NCBI GenBank assembly: GCA_964505155.1 | Contig: CAZDGL010000003.1 | Coordinates: forward strand, 5,728-69,727 | From: an uncultured Candidatus Saccharibacteria bacterium | GTDB taxonomy: Bacteria; Patescibacteriota; Minisyncoccia; Phycocordibacterales; UBA9973 | Direction of reading: 5' to 3' | Length of the DNA: 64,000 nt | In this document: positions 1 to 10,300 of the stretch, in pieces | Layout: every line of letters begins with the position of its first letter | How positions within the stretch are numbered: position 1 is the stretch's first letter | Notes under the pieces: generated by a model | Seen by the model: the letters and a program-made list of their open reading frames with translations, nothing else | Databases searched by the model: none | Told to the model about the DNA's origin: nothing | Made by a program: the position numbers and the translations under genes

Positions 1-2
1 AT

Positions 3-2552
3 ACTACACCTAACAGTCTATTTACTGTAGGCCCAGCTTCAGAATTTCAAGTCAATTCTTCTGGTGCAATTATTGCTGCAACAGGGATAACAATGACTTC
101 AGGGGATATCATAACTTCAAACCTAGGAGTGAATTATACAGATTCAGACACAAACCCAGGATGTGCTGCTGGTGAATACAAAATATTTGCAGATACTTCA
201 GAAACAAAACTAAAGAAATGTACAAACGGCACTATCACTGATCTCGATACAACAGGTGGAGGTGGAATTACTGTCGGCGGGGCTATTGCAAGTGGTGCGA
301 CAAACCGTGTCTTGTATGAAGATGGCTCAAACCTTCTTGCTGAAAGTGCTAACTTTACATATGACGGTACTACATTAGGAGTATCTACATCTTCTACAAC
401 TGCTTCCAACAAAGCTTTGAACATAGCTCAAACTGGGGCCACCTCAGGCACTGATTATGCCGGCTACTTCTCAAACACTGGCGCTGCAACAACAAACGTT
501 GGTTTATATACTACTGCTTCCGGAGGTACAACAAATCTCGGACTTAATGTCGATGCAGGGCAAACACTTCTTGGAGGAACAACACTTAGTACAGGTACAC
601 TTGCAAAACTAAACATAGTCTCTACCATGGCTTCAAACGGTTCAACTACTGCTATCGCTGGAATTCATGGTGACTATACATTTAACAACGGTGGAACTGC
701 TAGTTTTGTCCAAGTCGGCAACAGATTTGTATTTAATAATGCCCCAACAACCAATGCCAACACTATGGTAGGTGAAGTCATAAGAACAGTAGACAATACT
801 TCTCTTGCAAACCTTGTCCGTGGTATTGAAATTACATCAAACGCTGGTAGTAACACTGCAGGAACAAATACAGGGTTACGTTCTACTGGTGCAACCTTTG
901 GTGTACAAGCTATCACAAATGGTGCTGCGGGAGGAGTATCAGTGCCAGCAGGTCTATACGCAGAAAACACTGGCACAACTCAGGGAGATGTAGCGAGGTT
1001 CTATACAGGATCCATGACTTCTGCTGCTTCAATGCTAAATGTCTATCACGACACCTCTACATTTACTGGAACAGCGCTTCTTATGGATATGGCCGTTTCA
1101 ACAGGAACATTTTCAGGTAATTTTGTAGACTTCAAAAATGCAAGCGTTAGTAAGTTCAAGGTTACATCTGCTGGTGTAGTTAGTATGGGCCTCTCTGGTA
1201 CCGCTTCTACAAATGCGGTTTGTTCAAGTTTAGCCAATGCCACTGCTCCTACTGCAGGTACAGCTTATGAGCTCAGAGATTGTAACGCAGCTCCAGCAGC
1301 TGACTATGCCGAAATGTATCCTGTAGAAGAGGGGGTAGAGTTTGGAGATATCGTCGCAACCGGAGTAGATATGGTAGATACTTACGATGTTACAGATGGA
1401 AATGTGGATTGGACAAAGCTAAAAGGTAAGATTACTCGTATGATCAAAACTACACAAAGTTACCAAAAAAATGTGGTAGGTATAGTTGTTGATAACTACG
1501 GAGATTTTTCTTCAGTTGGACACAATATAAAAGAAGAAGACAACCCTATGCCAATAGCACTCAACGGACGTGTACCAGTAAAGGTAGCAAGTGATTCCGA
1601 AATCATTATGCCAGGGGATTATTTGACAACTTCTAGTACAGAGCCAGGTAAAGCACAAAAAGCACAAAAAGCCGGTTTTGTTATTGGTAAAGCGCTAGAA
1701 GTTTGGACTCCAAATACAAATACTCCAACTGTTATGGTTTATGTCGAGCAAGGTTTTTATAACGGCATAGGGGTAAGTCAGTTTGCTGGTATTGAAGCAA
1801 CAAGCGAAAACTTTGCCAACCAAGTTCTTGGAGCATTGCTAAGCACACCACCAACTACAGTTTCTGTCTCAGAGGTACTTACCGATAGACTTGTTGCCGG
1901 ACTGGAAATCATAACTCCAAAGCTCTACGCACAGAGTGTTGCTACAGATGCACTTGTTACTGCTACAGGAGAAAAGATAGTTATAGGCTCTCCTGTAGAG
2001 TTTACTTTGCCTCCTATTTTCAATAAAAATACAGCCGGTTATGCTCTTATCAAGCAAGGGGATAAGAGGGTCAAGGTAACCTTTGATCAAGTATATGTGG
2101 CAACTCCTGTTGTAAATGTATCTATGACATTTGAAGTAGAAGATGATATAGATGACGAGGAGGCGCAGTCATTGTTTAACGATGATATACGTTTTATTGT
2201 CCTTTCCAAGGATCAGACTGGTTTTACTATACTTCTCAACAAACCAGCTACTCGTGATATAAGATTTTCTTGGAACGCTTTGGCTGTGAAAGATCCAAAT
2301 ATATTTGAAAGTATTGTAGAAGGGCTAACAATCGAACAAGAAAACAATCAAAACAATCAAAACAATCAAGGTACTCCTCCACCAGAAGAAACTCCAAATG
2401 AAGAAGAACCAGATGGGTCTGGTTCTTCAGAAGAGCCAGTAGTAGAGCCTGGGACAGATCCAGGAGATAGTGGCCCAACTATAGATCAATTATTAGACCC
2501 AGAACCCCAATCATCAGGTGAATCGACACCACAAGAAGAAGCATCATTTTAA
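3..2552 (+). CDS. Large secreted Gly/Thr/Ser/Asn-rich repeat surface protein, 5' end truncated by the window edge; acidic Pro/Glu/Ser-rich C-terminal tail
   Basis: Reading frame is open from window position 3 with no stop before the Met at 93, so the gene starts upstream. Composition is dominated by G/T/S/A/N repeats. Short in-frame simple repeats are present (KAQKAQKA; NNQNNQNNQ encoded by 9-nt aacaatcaa x3 at 2343-2369). Confidence 0.55.
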   Translation, partial: TTPNSLFTVGPASEFQVNSSGAIIAATGITMTSGDIITSNLGVNYTDSDTNPGCAAGEYKIFADTSETKLKKCTNGTITDLDTTGGGGITVGGAIASGATNRVLYEDGSNLLAESANFTYDGTTLGVSTSSTTASNKALNIAQTGATSGTDYAGYFSNTGAATTNVGLYTTASGGTTNLGLNVDAGQTLLGGTTLSTGTLAKLNIVSTMASNGSTTAIAGIHGDYTFNNGGTASFVQVGNRFVFNNAPTTNANTMVGEVIRTVDNTSLANLVRGIEITSNAGSNTAGTNTGLRSTGATFGVQAITNGAAGGVSVPAGLYAENTGTTQGDVARFYTGSMTSAASMLNVYHDTSTFTGTALLMDMAVSTGTFSGNFVDFKNASVSKFKVTSAGVVSMGLSGTASTNAVCSSLANATAPTAGTAYELRDCNAAPAADYAEMYPVEEGVEFGDIVATGVDMVDTYDVTDGNVDWTKLKGKITRMIKTTQSYQKNVVGIVVDNYGDFSSVGHNIKEEDNPMPIALNGRVPVKVASDSEIIMPGDYLTTSSTEPGKAQKAQKAGFVIGKALEVWTPNTNTPTVMVYVEQGFYNGIGVSQFAGIEATSENFANQVLGALLSTPPTTVSVSEVLTDRLVAGLEIITPKLYAQSVATDALVTATGEKIVIGSPVEFTLPPIFNKNTAGYALIKQGDKRVKVTFDQVYVATPVVNVSMTFEVEDDIDDEEAQSLFNDDIRFIVLSKDQTGFTILLNKPATRDIRFSWNALAVKDPNIFESIVEGLTIEQENNQNNQNNQGTPPPEETPNEEEPDGSGSSEEPVVEPGTDPGDSGPTIDQLLDPEPQSSGESTPQEEASF

Positions 2553-2557
2553 AAAGT

Positions 2558-3505
2558 ATGAATAATAACGAAAAAGAGTTTCATAAAAAAATAAAAAAAC
2601 AAAAAGTACTAATATTAGCGCTTTCGCTATGTTTGTTCATAGCTATTTTAATGTATCTAACGAAGTCTGGTGTAAATAGTTTATCAAAAGAGTTTACTTT
2701 ACTTGACCCATTGCGCCAATTCGTTCCTGCCGAAAACTATATTACAAACATACAAAGCTTAAGAGAATACCTACATCAATTAGAGGTAAAATATCCAGAA
2801 TCTATTTCCATTTATTATGAAAATATAAACTCAGGATCAAACATCTCTGTAAATAAAGATTTGCGATTGTTCCCGGCATCACTTTCTAAGCTTGTTCAGG
2901 CTATACTCATCGTAAATAAAGTTGAAAAAGGGCAAATGGCCTTTGATCAAAGACTCAAAGCCTTGCCAGAGGATCTATCATCAGGATCTGGAGAGCTTTA
3001 TAAAACTATAGGTGAAAGTTCTCTGACAGTAGAGGAATTATTGCAAGAATTAATTGTTAATTCTGATAACACTGCTCAAAATATTTTTAGACATTATTTG
3101 GATTTTTCAGATTATCAAGATTTTCAAAACAATACAGGTCTGCAGGACTTGTACAATGAAAAAGGTTTCATCTCATCTAAAGAGTACACTCGTATACTTC
3201 GTGTGCTTTACACCTCAAACTTTTTGAAACCAGAAAACTCACAAAAGATTTTAAAATACATGTCCCAGTCTTCTTTCAAAGATTATCTCTCTCAAGGTAT
3301 ACCAGATGGGGTAGTGTTTGCCCATAAGTATGGAGAAAACAAAGACTACAATATTTTTGCTGATTCTGGCATAGTATATGTCCCAGGCAAGCCTTACATG
3401 ATCTCAGTAATTATAAAAGGCAAAGACTCTAGCCCAGAAACAAGAGTTTGGGCAGCAAGCTTGATGAAAGAAATTTCACAAAGAGCATATGAAGTAAATA
3501 AATAA
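2558..3505 (+). CDS. Membrane-anchored class A beta-lactamase-like serine hydrolase (penicillin-binding fold)
   Basis: N-terminal hydrophobic anchor. S-x-x-K motif (ASLSKL), SDN motif (VNSDNTAQN, compare TEM SDNTAAN), and a KYG(E) element in the KTG position. Length of 315 aa is typical for the family. Confidence 0.55.
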   Translation: MNNNEKEFHKKIKKQKVLILALSLCLFIAILMYLTKSGVNSLSKEFTLLDPLRQFVPAENYITNIQSLREYLHQLEVKYPESISIYYENINSGSNISVNKDLRLFPASLSKLVQAILIVNKVEKGQMAFDQRLKALPEDLSSGSGELYKTIGESSLTVEELLQELIVNSDNTAQNIFRHYLDFSDYQDFQNNTGLQDLYNEKGFISSKEYTRILRVLYTSNFLKPENSQKILKYMSQSSFKDYLSQGIPDGVVFAHKYGENKDYNIFADSGIVYVPGKPYMISVIIKGKDSSPETRVWAASLMKEISQRAYEVNK

Positions 3506-3511
3506 TTAATT

Positions 3512-3544
3512 AAAAAAATCTTCACATGTGTGAAGATTTTTTTA
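3512..3544. terminator. Bidirectional intrinsic terminator between convergent genes
   Basis: A-run, perfect 9-bp inverted repeat atcttcaca/tgtgaagat (3518-3537), then T-run; located between stop codons at 3505 (+) and 3542 (-). Confidence 0.6.
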
Positions 3545-4252
3545 ATTAGGTTTTATTTTTATGATTCGAACTCTTTTTTTATCAATGAGAGGTATAGTGA
3601 CTCTTAGGAAACCGTGAGATAGTAGGGAATCCACTTTGTCTATTTCTATATTATAAGGCAAGTCTATAGTGCGTGAAAAATTTCCAAAAAAGATTTCTTC
3701 AATAAAAGTATTTTCTTTAGAAAAAGCATTTTGTTTTTTTCTTGAACCACCAATAGTTATATTGTCATACGTTACTTTTATTATAATATCTTCAGGGCTG
3801 TTGCCACCAACAAATGCCTCGATAAATAGTGCTCCATCTTTTTCATACATGTCGATAGGGAGCTCTGCTGTGCCCTCTTCTGTTTGAAACTGTGGAAAAC
3901 TATTTTGAACATAATTTGAAGACTCTATTTTTTCAAACCAAAGCTTAAAATAATCTATATTTTGAGGCGAAATAATCTCGATAATTTTTAGTAAATTTTC
4001 ACCGGTTGATACATCAGTAAGGTAGCTTTTACCATCGCTTGAGGGGAGTTTCAGTTGGTTACAATTTGTAACCAACTGCGGATTAGCCTTTTGTAATCTA
4101 CTTTTTAAGACCTTCCAATAATTTCGAGCATCAGAGCTTTCTGAGACTACTGCCACAACGTCAACAACAGAAAAGTACCATTGTTTGCTAGTCTCATCAT
4201 ATTGTCGACGAATTATGTTCTCGTCTATATCTTTGTGCCCGAGCGTATTCAT
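3542..4252 (-). CDS. Fusion protein: N-terminal Bro-N-like domain plus C-terminal Hsp20/alpha-crystallin domain
   Basis: N-terminus IRRQYDETSKQWYFSVVDVVAVVSES fits the Bro-N consensus (basic residue, W-F, DV..L). C-terminus GNFSRTIDLPYNIEIDKVDSLLSHGFLRVTIP matches the Hsp20 ACD signature (F-R-x-x-LP...vd...A...nGvL.i..P). ATG at 4252 preferred; the ORF-track start at 4282 is a TTG. Confidence 0.5.
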   Translation of the reverse strand: MNTLGHKDIDENIIRRQYDETSKQWYFSVVDVVAVVSESSDARNYWKVLKSRLQKANPQLVTNCNQLKLPSSDGKSYLTDVSTGENLLKIIEIISPQNIDYFKLWFEKIESSNYVQNSFPQFQTEEGTAELPIDMYEKDGALFIEAFVGGNSPEDIIIKVTYDNITIGGSRKKQNAFSKENTFIEEIFFGNFSRTIDLPYNIEIDKVDSLLSHGFLRVTIPLIDKKRVRIIKIKPN

Positions 4253-4338
4253 AATATATGTATAAATACTATTGTATAACAAGATTTTTTAGAAGACTAT
4301 TTGTACAGTTATGTTGTATAATTATCTGTATAAAAAAT

Positions 4339-7300
4339 ATGAATGTAGCTATCAAAAAAATACTAAAACCTTTAGCCATAATTTTCGCCGCAACTTTTGT
4401 TTTTTGTTTTTTTTCTAGTGAATATAGCTATGCCGCAACTCGTACTTGGACTGGAGCAACTAGTGGCTCATGGTCTGTAGGATCAAACTGGTCAGGAGGA
4501 GTTGCTCCGGTGACAGGAGATGATCTGGTTTTCCCAGGTGGTGCATCAAACCTATCCAACACCAATGACCTCACAGAAAATACTATCATCAACTCTATCA
4601 CTATCTCTGGTAGTGGGTATACACTCTCTGGTAATCCAATCATCTTGGGTCCCGGTCTTGCTGGCCTTACTGATAGTGCATCTTCTGGTGGCAACACAGT
4701 AGCTCTTGATATTCGTCTCGACGCTACTCGAGATATTTTTGTTACAAACTCTGGAGAGACTCTTACTATTAGCGGGCGCATTGCCGGTGTGGGTGGTATC
4801 AACAAAGAAGGAACAGGTAAACTCGTACTCTCAGGTGCAAATACTTTTGGTGGTATTTTAAAAATCAACGTAGGTATTGTTAATGCACAAAACAACACTG
4901 CGCTTGGAACCATAGCAGCAGGAACTGAAGTTGTTGGTAATGCAGCACTCGAACTACAAGGCAACATAGACATCAGTTATGAAGCACTGGCTCTTCGTGG
5001 TTATGGGGTAAGTAGTACTGGAGCCCTAAGAAATATTAGTGGAACCAATACATATCGTGGACTCATCACACTTTCATCTGCTGGTGGTACAGAGATAGCA
5101 TCTGACTCCGGAACCCTTACAATCACCGGTGGTATGTCAGGAGCATTTCCTCTTGTGATTGATGGCTCTGGTGATGTTACTTATTCAACAACACCAATAG
5201 CTACGGGATCTGGTACTGTCACTAAAAACGGTTCCGGTACACTCACTTACAACTTTCCAAATACTTATAGTGGTCTTACGACTATAAACGCTGGGACACT
5301 TCTTTATGGTGTCGATAATGCTATTCTCACTGGCGCTATTACAGTAACTGGTGGGACGCTTGATATAGCGACTTATTCAGATATGGTCGGATCAGTAGTA
5401 GTTGGAACTCTCGACCTTGCAAGTGGTACTATCACTGGCTCAACTGGTGTTCTAAGTAGTGCTGCGTGGACTGTTTACAACGGTACTATATCTGCCATTA
5501 TCGCCGGATACGCTGGAACACTAACAAAAAGTACAACAGGGACAGTGGTGCTGACTCGTGCCAACCAGTTTACAGGAAACACAACAATAAGTGCCGGTAT
5601 TTTAGAAATCCAAAATAGCACATCTCTTGGTTTTATCGATGGTATTACGACGGTATCAGCTGGAGCAACACTCCAGATCAATGGTAGTGGCCTTTCTATT
5701 CCCGAATATATTACATTCTCTGGTACTGGACATTTGTATACTGGCGCTATAAGGAATATGGGTGGGGATAATACCTTGACAGGCTTACTTACCCTTGGGG
5801 CAGCAGCCAGAATCAAGTCTGATGCCAGTACTACACTAACTATTGATTCCAAAGGCCTTTCTGCGACAACACTTGGTCTTACTATTGGAGGTGCTGGAAA
5901 CACAACTTTTACTTCTACGGCACCTATATACGGAACTACAGCTACTCTTACCAAACAAGATAGTGGTGTTCTAACAATGCAAGCTTTTAACAACTTTACT
6001 GGTGCTACAAACTTAAACCGTGGGGAGATTGTACTAAGTAGTACAGGAGCTATGCCTAACTCTACTATTACTGTAGGTAGTGGAGGAACTCTTACCCTAG
6101 ATAATTCATCTACAACTCTTTTAAATCGTATTAGTGATTCTGCTGCTCTTACTATGAATGGTGGAAGTTTCAATTTTATAGGCAACGCAACTGGTACCGC
6201 TCTTGAAAATGCTGGAGCTCTCACTATTGCTTCGGGGCACAATACGGTGACTGTAACTCCTGGTGCTGGAGGTCCGACAACTATGAATTTTGCAAGTCTG
6301 TCACGCACGGCTGGAGCCACGGTACTTTTTCGTGGAACAAATCTTGGTTCCAACCCCGCACCCAACATCTCTACTATCATGTTTACTTCCGCTCCGGCAG
6401 TACTAGGTGGAGGTGGTGGAGCTGGTACTACTACTGCTAGTATCATAAAAGGTGCATTTGGTGACAGCTCTCTCTCTGGAACAGGTTCTGATATGGTCAC
6501 TTATAATCTTGGAAACACCAATGGGCTCCGCCTTTTAAACGGTGCTGGTTTCTCTGGTGAATATGCTTTTACACTAGCAACAAATGCCAATGTAAAACTT
6601 GTTGCTGATACTGTAGCGAGTACATCTAGTATTAATTCTCTTATTTTAGACGGATTTAGTATTACAAACCCAGGGAGTGCACAGACTATCACTCTATCAT
6701 CTGGATCTCTTGCTGGAAATATTCTTATGAATTCAGCAACCAGTATAGCTGGCGCAAATACGACACTCGGTATAACTACTAACCATCTTGATATTTTGAC
6801 AACAGCGAGTGCTACGATCTCTGCTGTTATTGGTACTGCGGTGGCTGGATCAGTCGCTATCAGTGGCACAGGAAGTGCGACAGTAAGTGCGGCTAATCTT
6901 TACACTGGTACAACATTTATCAATAATGCAACACTTTTTGCTGGGGCAACCAATGCGCTCTCTAGTGGTGGCGTGACTGTAGTAGGAGGTACATATGACT
7001 TGGGAAACTTCAATGATACTGTAGGTGCTGTCATACTTCAAAATGGAACTATAACTAGTGGTTCGGGTACTTTGTCTGGAACTTCTTATAGTCTTCGTGA
7101 AGGAACAGTAAGTGCGATTCTCGGCGGAGGAGCTGCTACTGTCACACGTATCGCCACAAGTGCGGCAGCTGATAGTGTGGTCACTATGACTCGTGACAAT
7201 ACATATACTGGAACAACAACAATCACAAGCGGAATACTTAAACTCGGTGCAGCCGGCGGTGGAACAAATACACCACTGGGTACCACTGGTGGTGGAACAC

Positions 7301-10300
7301 TCATTGCTAGTGGAGGAGCGCTAGATCTAAATGGTTATACTCTCGGAACAGCTGAAGCTATCACGTCTTTGGCAGGAACAGGTTTTGGTGCTTCTGGTAG
7401 TAGTAATATGGGAGCTATTATGAACAGCTCAGCTTCGCCTGCAAGCTATAGTGGAGCCCTGACACTTACTGCTGCGGCTCGTATCAATGCTGATGCTGGA
7501 GCACTTACTATTAGTGGGAATGCTTCTGGAAACTTTGCTCTAACCTTCGGAGGATTTTCTGATATCACTTATTCAGGAGTACGCTCTGGTACTAGTACTA
7601 TTGTAAAGGATGGAGTGAATACACTAACTCTTTCAAGTGGAAGCTCTTCTTATACAGGGGCCACTACTATAAGTGCTGGTACTGTAAAGGTTGGTGCTGC
7701 TTCAGTTGGTGGCACAAACTCTCCGCTTGGTACAACTGGTGGTGCTACTACTGTCGCGCTCGGTTCTCGACTTGATCTAAATGGATTTAACCTTGGAATA
7801 GCAGAACCTCTTACCCTAAACGGTGTCGGGTATGGACTCGGAGACTTTGCAAGTGGAGCTCTTGTAAATAGCTCAGGATCTACTGTAACTTATAGCGGAC
7901 TTATTACACTCGGGTCTGCTTCTACTATCAAAGCTGATTCGGGTACTGTTAACTTGACTGCTGCGGGTACAATATCAGGAGCAACGTTCGGACTAACTCT
8001 TGGCGGAGCAGGCACAGGAACACTCTCTAGTATTATAGGAACAACAACTGGTACAGTTACAAAAATAGATACAGGAACATGGACGATTTCAGGAGTTAGT
8101 ACTTATACAGGTGCTACTACTGTTAGTAGGGGCACTCTTAGATTGGGTGGTGGTGCAGGGGGCCCGACAAACTCAGTTTTAGGTACTACAGGTGGAGCTA
8201 CATCTGTTTTGAGTGGAGCGGTCTTGGATTTAAATGGTATTACTTTAGGTATAGCTGAGTCGCTTACAATAAACGGACGTGGAATAGACGATGGAGGTGC
8301 TCTTATCGGTGGCGCTGTGACTTGGCCTGGTACTGTTGCTCAAGCTACTGATTCTCGTATTACATCTTCTTCTGGAACACTTACTATTACTGGCGCCGTG
8401 AGTGGAGCCTTTGCTCTTTATGTTGGTGGTGCCGGCAATACTACATTTAGTACAGCTACTGGTACTGCGGGACTTAGTTTAACAAAACAAGGTGCCGGAA
8501 CTTTGACGCTAACTGGTACCAATACTCATACTGGGGCAACTCGAGTTGAATCCGGCACACTGGCTTATGCTGCATCTACGACCTTAGCGGCGACTGCGCT
8601 CACTGTTCTCGGTGGTACTTTTAACAGCGGTGCAAACGCTGACACTATCGGTGCTGTAACACTTATCGGTGGAACTATTACAAACTCTGCCGCTCTTACA
8701 GGTACTGCATATACCTTTGAAGGTGGAAATATTAGCGGTATTTTAGCTGGAGCAATTGCTGTAACAAAAAATACAAACAACACTGTCACTTTATCTGGAG
8801 TCAATACTATTAGTAGTACCATAACTATCAATGCAGGAACACTTACTTTCAGTGGTTCGGGGTCAGCTACTAGTGTTACCGGTGTTACAGTAAACCTCGG
8901 TGGTACATTGACTCTTGATAACTCTACAACAGCTGTGGCTGATAGACTCAACGGTACGGGTGGTACAAATGCCATTGTGCTGACAATGAACGGTGGCAAC
9001 TTCAACTTCATCGGTAATGGGGCAGCAGCATCTTCTGAAACACTTGGTCAGCTTGCTCTTGCATCGGGACACAACATTGTGACAGTTACTCCTGGTGCTG
9101 GTGGATCTACAACTCTTACTTTTGCAACTAACCCTGGATTTAACAGAACAGCTGGAGCAACAGTACTCTTCCGTGGTACTAATTTCGGCTCAAACTCTGG
9201 CGCCAATGTCTCTACTCTCGTATTTTCTACTACCCCTACACTAACTGGTGCAGGTGGAGCATCTGGTTCAGCGACAGTTAGTATTATCAAGGGTGCTTTT
9301 GGGGATAGCTCTCTTTCTGGAACAGGTTCTGATATGGTTACATACCAAGGTGGAACAGGACTTCGCTTACTTAACGGTGCGGGGTTTGCCAATGAATACT
9401 CTGGAGATTTTCAAACTGCCAATGCTAACGTTAAGCTCACTGCTGATCGCGCAGCAGTTGCTACCAACACCAACTCGCTTATACTAAACGGCTTTAGTGT
9501 TACTAACCCTGGAGGCGCAGTTACTATACCTATGGCTTCGGCATCACTCTCTGGTAACATTCTAATCAATTCAACAAATAATATCGCTGGCGCAAATACA
9601 ACTTTGGGTATTACCACTTTTGAATTACCTATTTTGGCTACAGCAAGTTCCACTATTTCCGCAACCATTGGTACTGCCACAACTGGCTCTCTAACATTAA
9701 GTGGCTCTGGTAACGTCACTCTCACTGCAACAAACGCTTACACCGGTACAACATTTATAAACAACGCTATACTGACCTCTGGTGCAAACAATGTGTTATC
9801 AAGTGGAGGTGTGACAGTAGTAGGTGGAACATACAACCTAAACGGCAATTCAGATACTGTCGGTAGTATATCTATAAATGCTGGAACTATTGCGACAGGT
9901 GCTGGTACTCTTACTGGCAACGGAACATTTACTACTGTTGCAAATGCTAACTTTGCTTCAATAATAACTGGTAACTTAGGTCTTGGCGCTAATGCTACAT
10001 TTACTATCAACGATGGACTTATGGATAATGACGCAGTTATCTCTGCAGTGATTAGTGGGGGATTTACTTTTGCAAAAGCGGGTAATGGAATTCTAGAGCT
10101 CTCTGGTAGTAACTCATATACTGGCACAACTACTATAAGCGGAGGAATACTCCGCCTGGGTGCTTCCGGTGGAGCTACAAACACTCCTCTTGGAACTACA
10201 GCAGGAGGAACCACCGTCTCTGGTGCAAGTTCGGCGCTTGATCTCAATGGTTACTCTCTCGGTACCTCTGAAGCACTGACCTTAAGTGGCGCTCTAGCAA

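Noticed and set aside
5475-6500. 341-aa minus-strand ORF (and similar ORFs at 4428-4973, 6501-6869, 8565-9011, 9738-10247, 10821-11744, 11793-12113, 12171-12524) inside the giant adhesin gene
   Set aside because: Pro/Val/Ala/Ile-rich antisense shadow ORFs produced by the Gly/Thr/Ala/Asn codon bias of the sense strand. No independent start context or motifs; the sense-strand gene has signal peptide and repeat logic.
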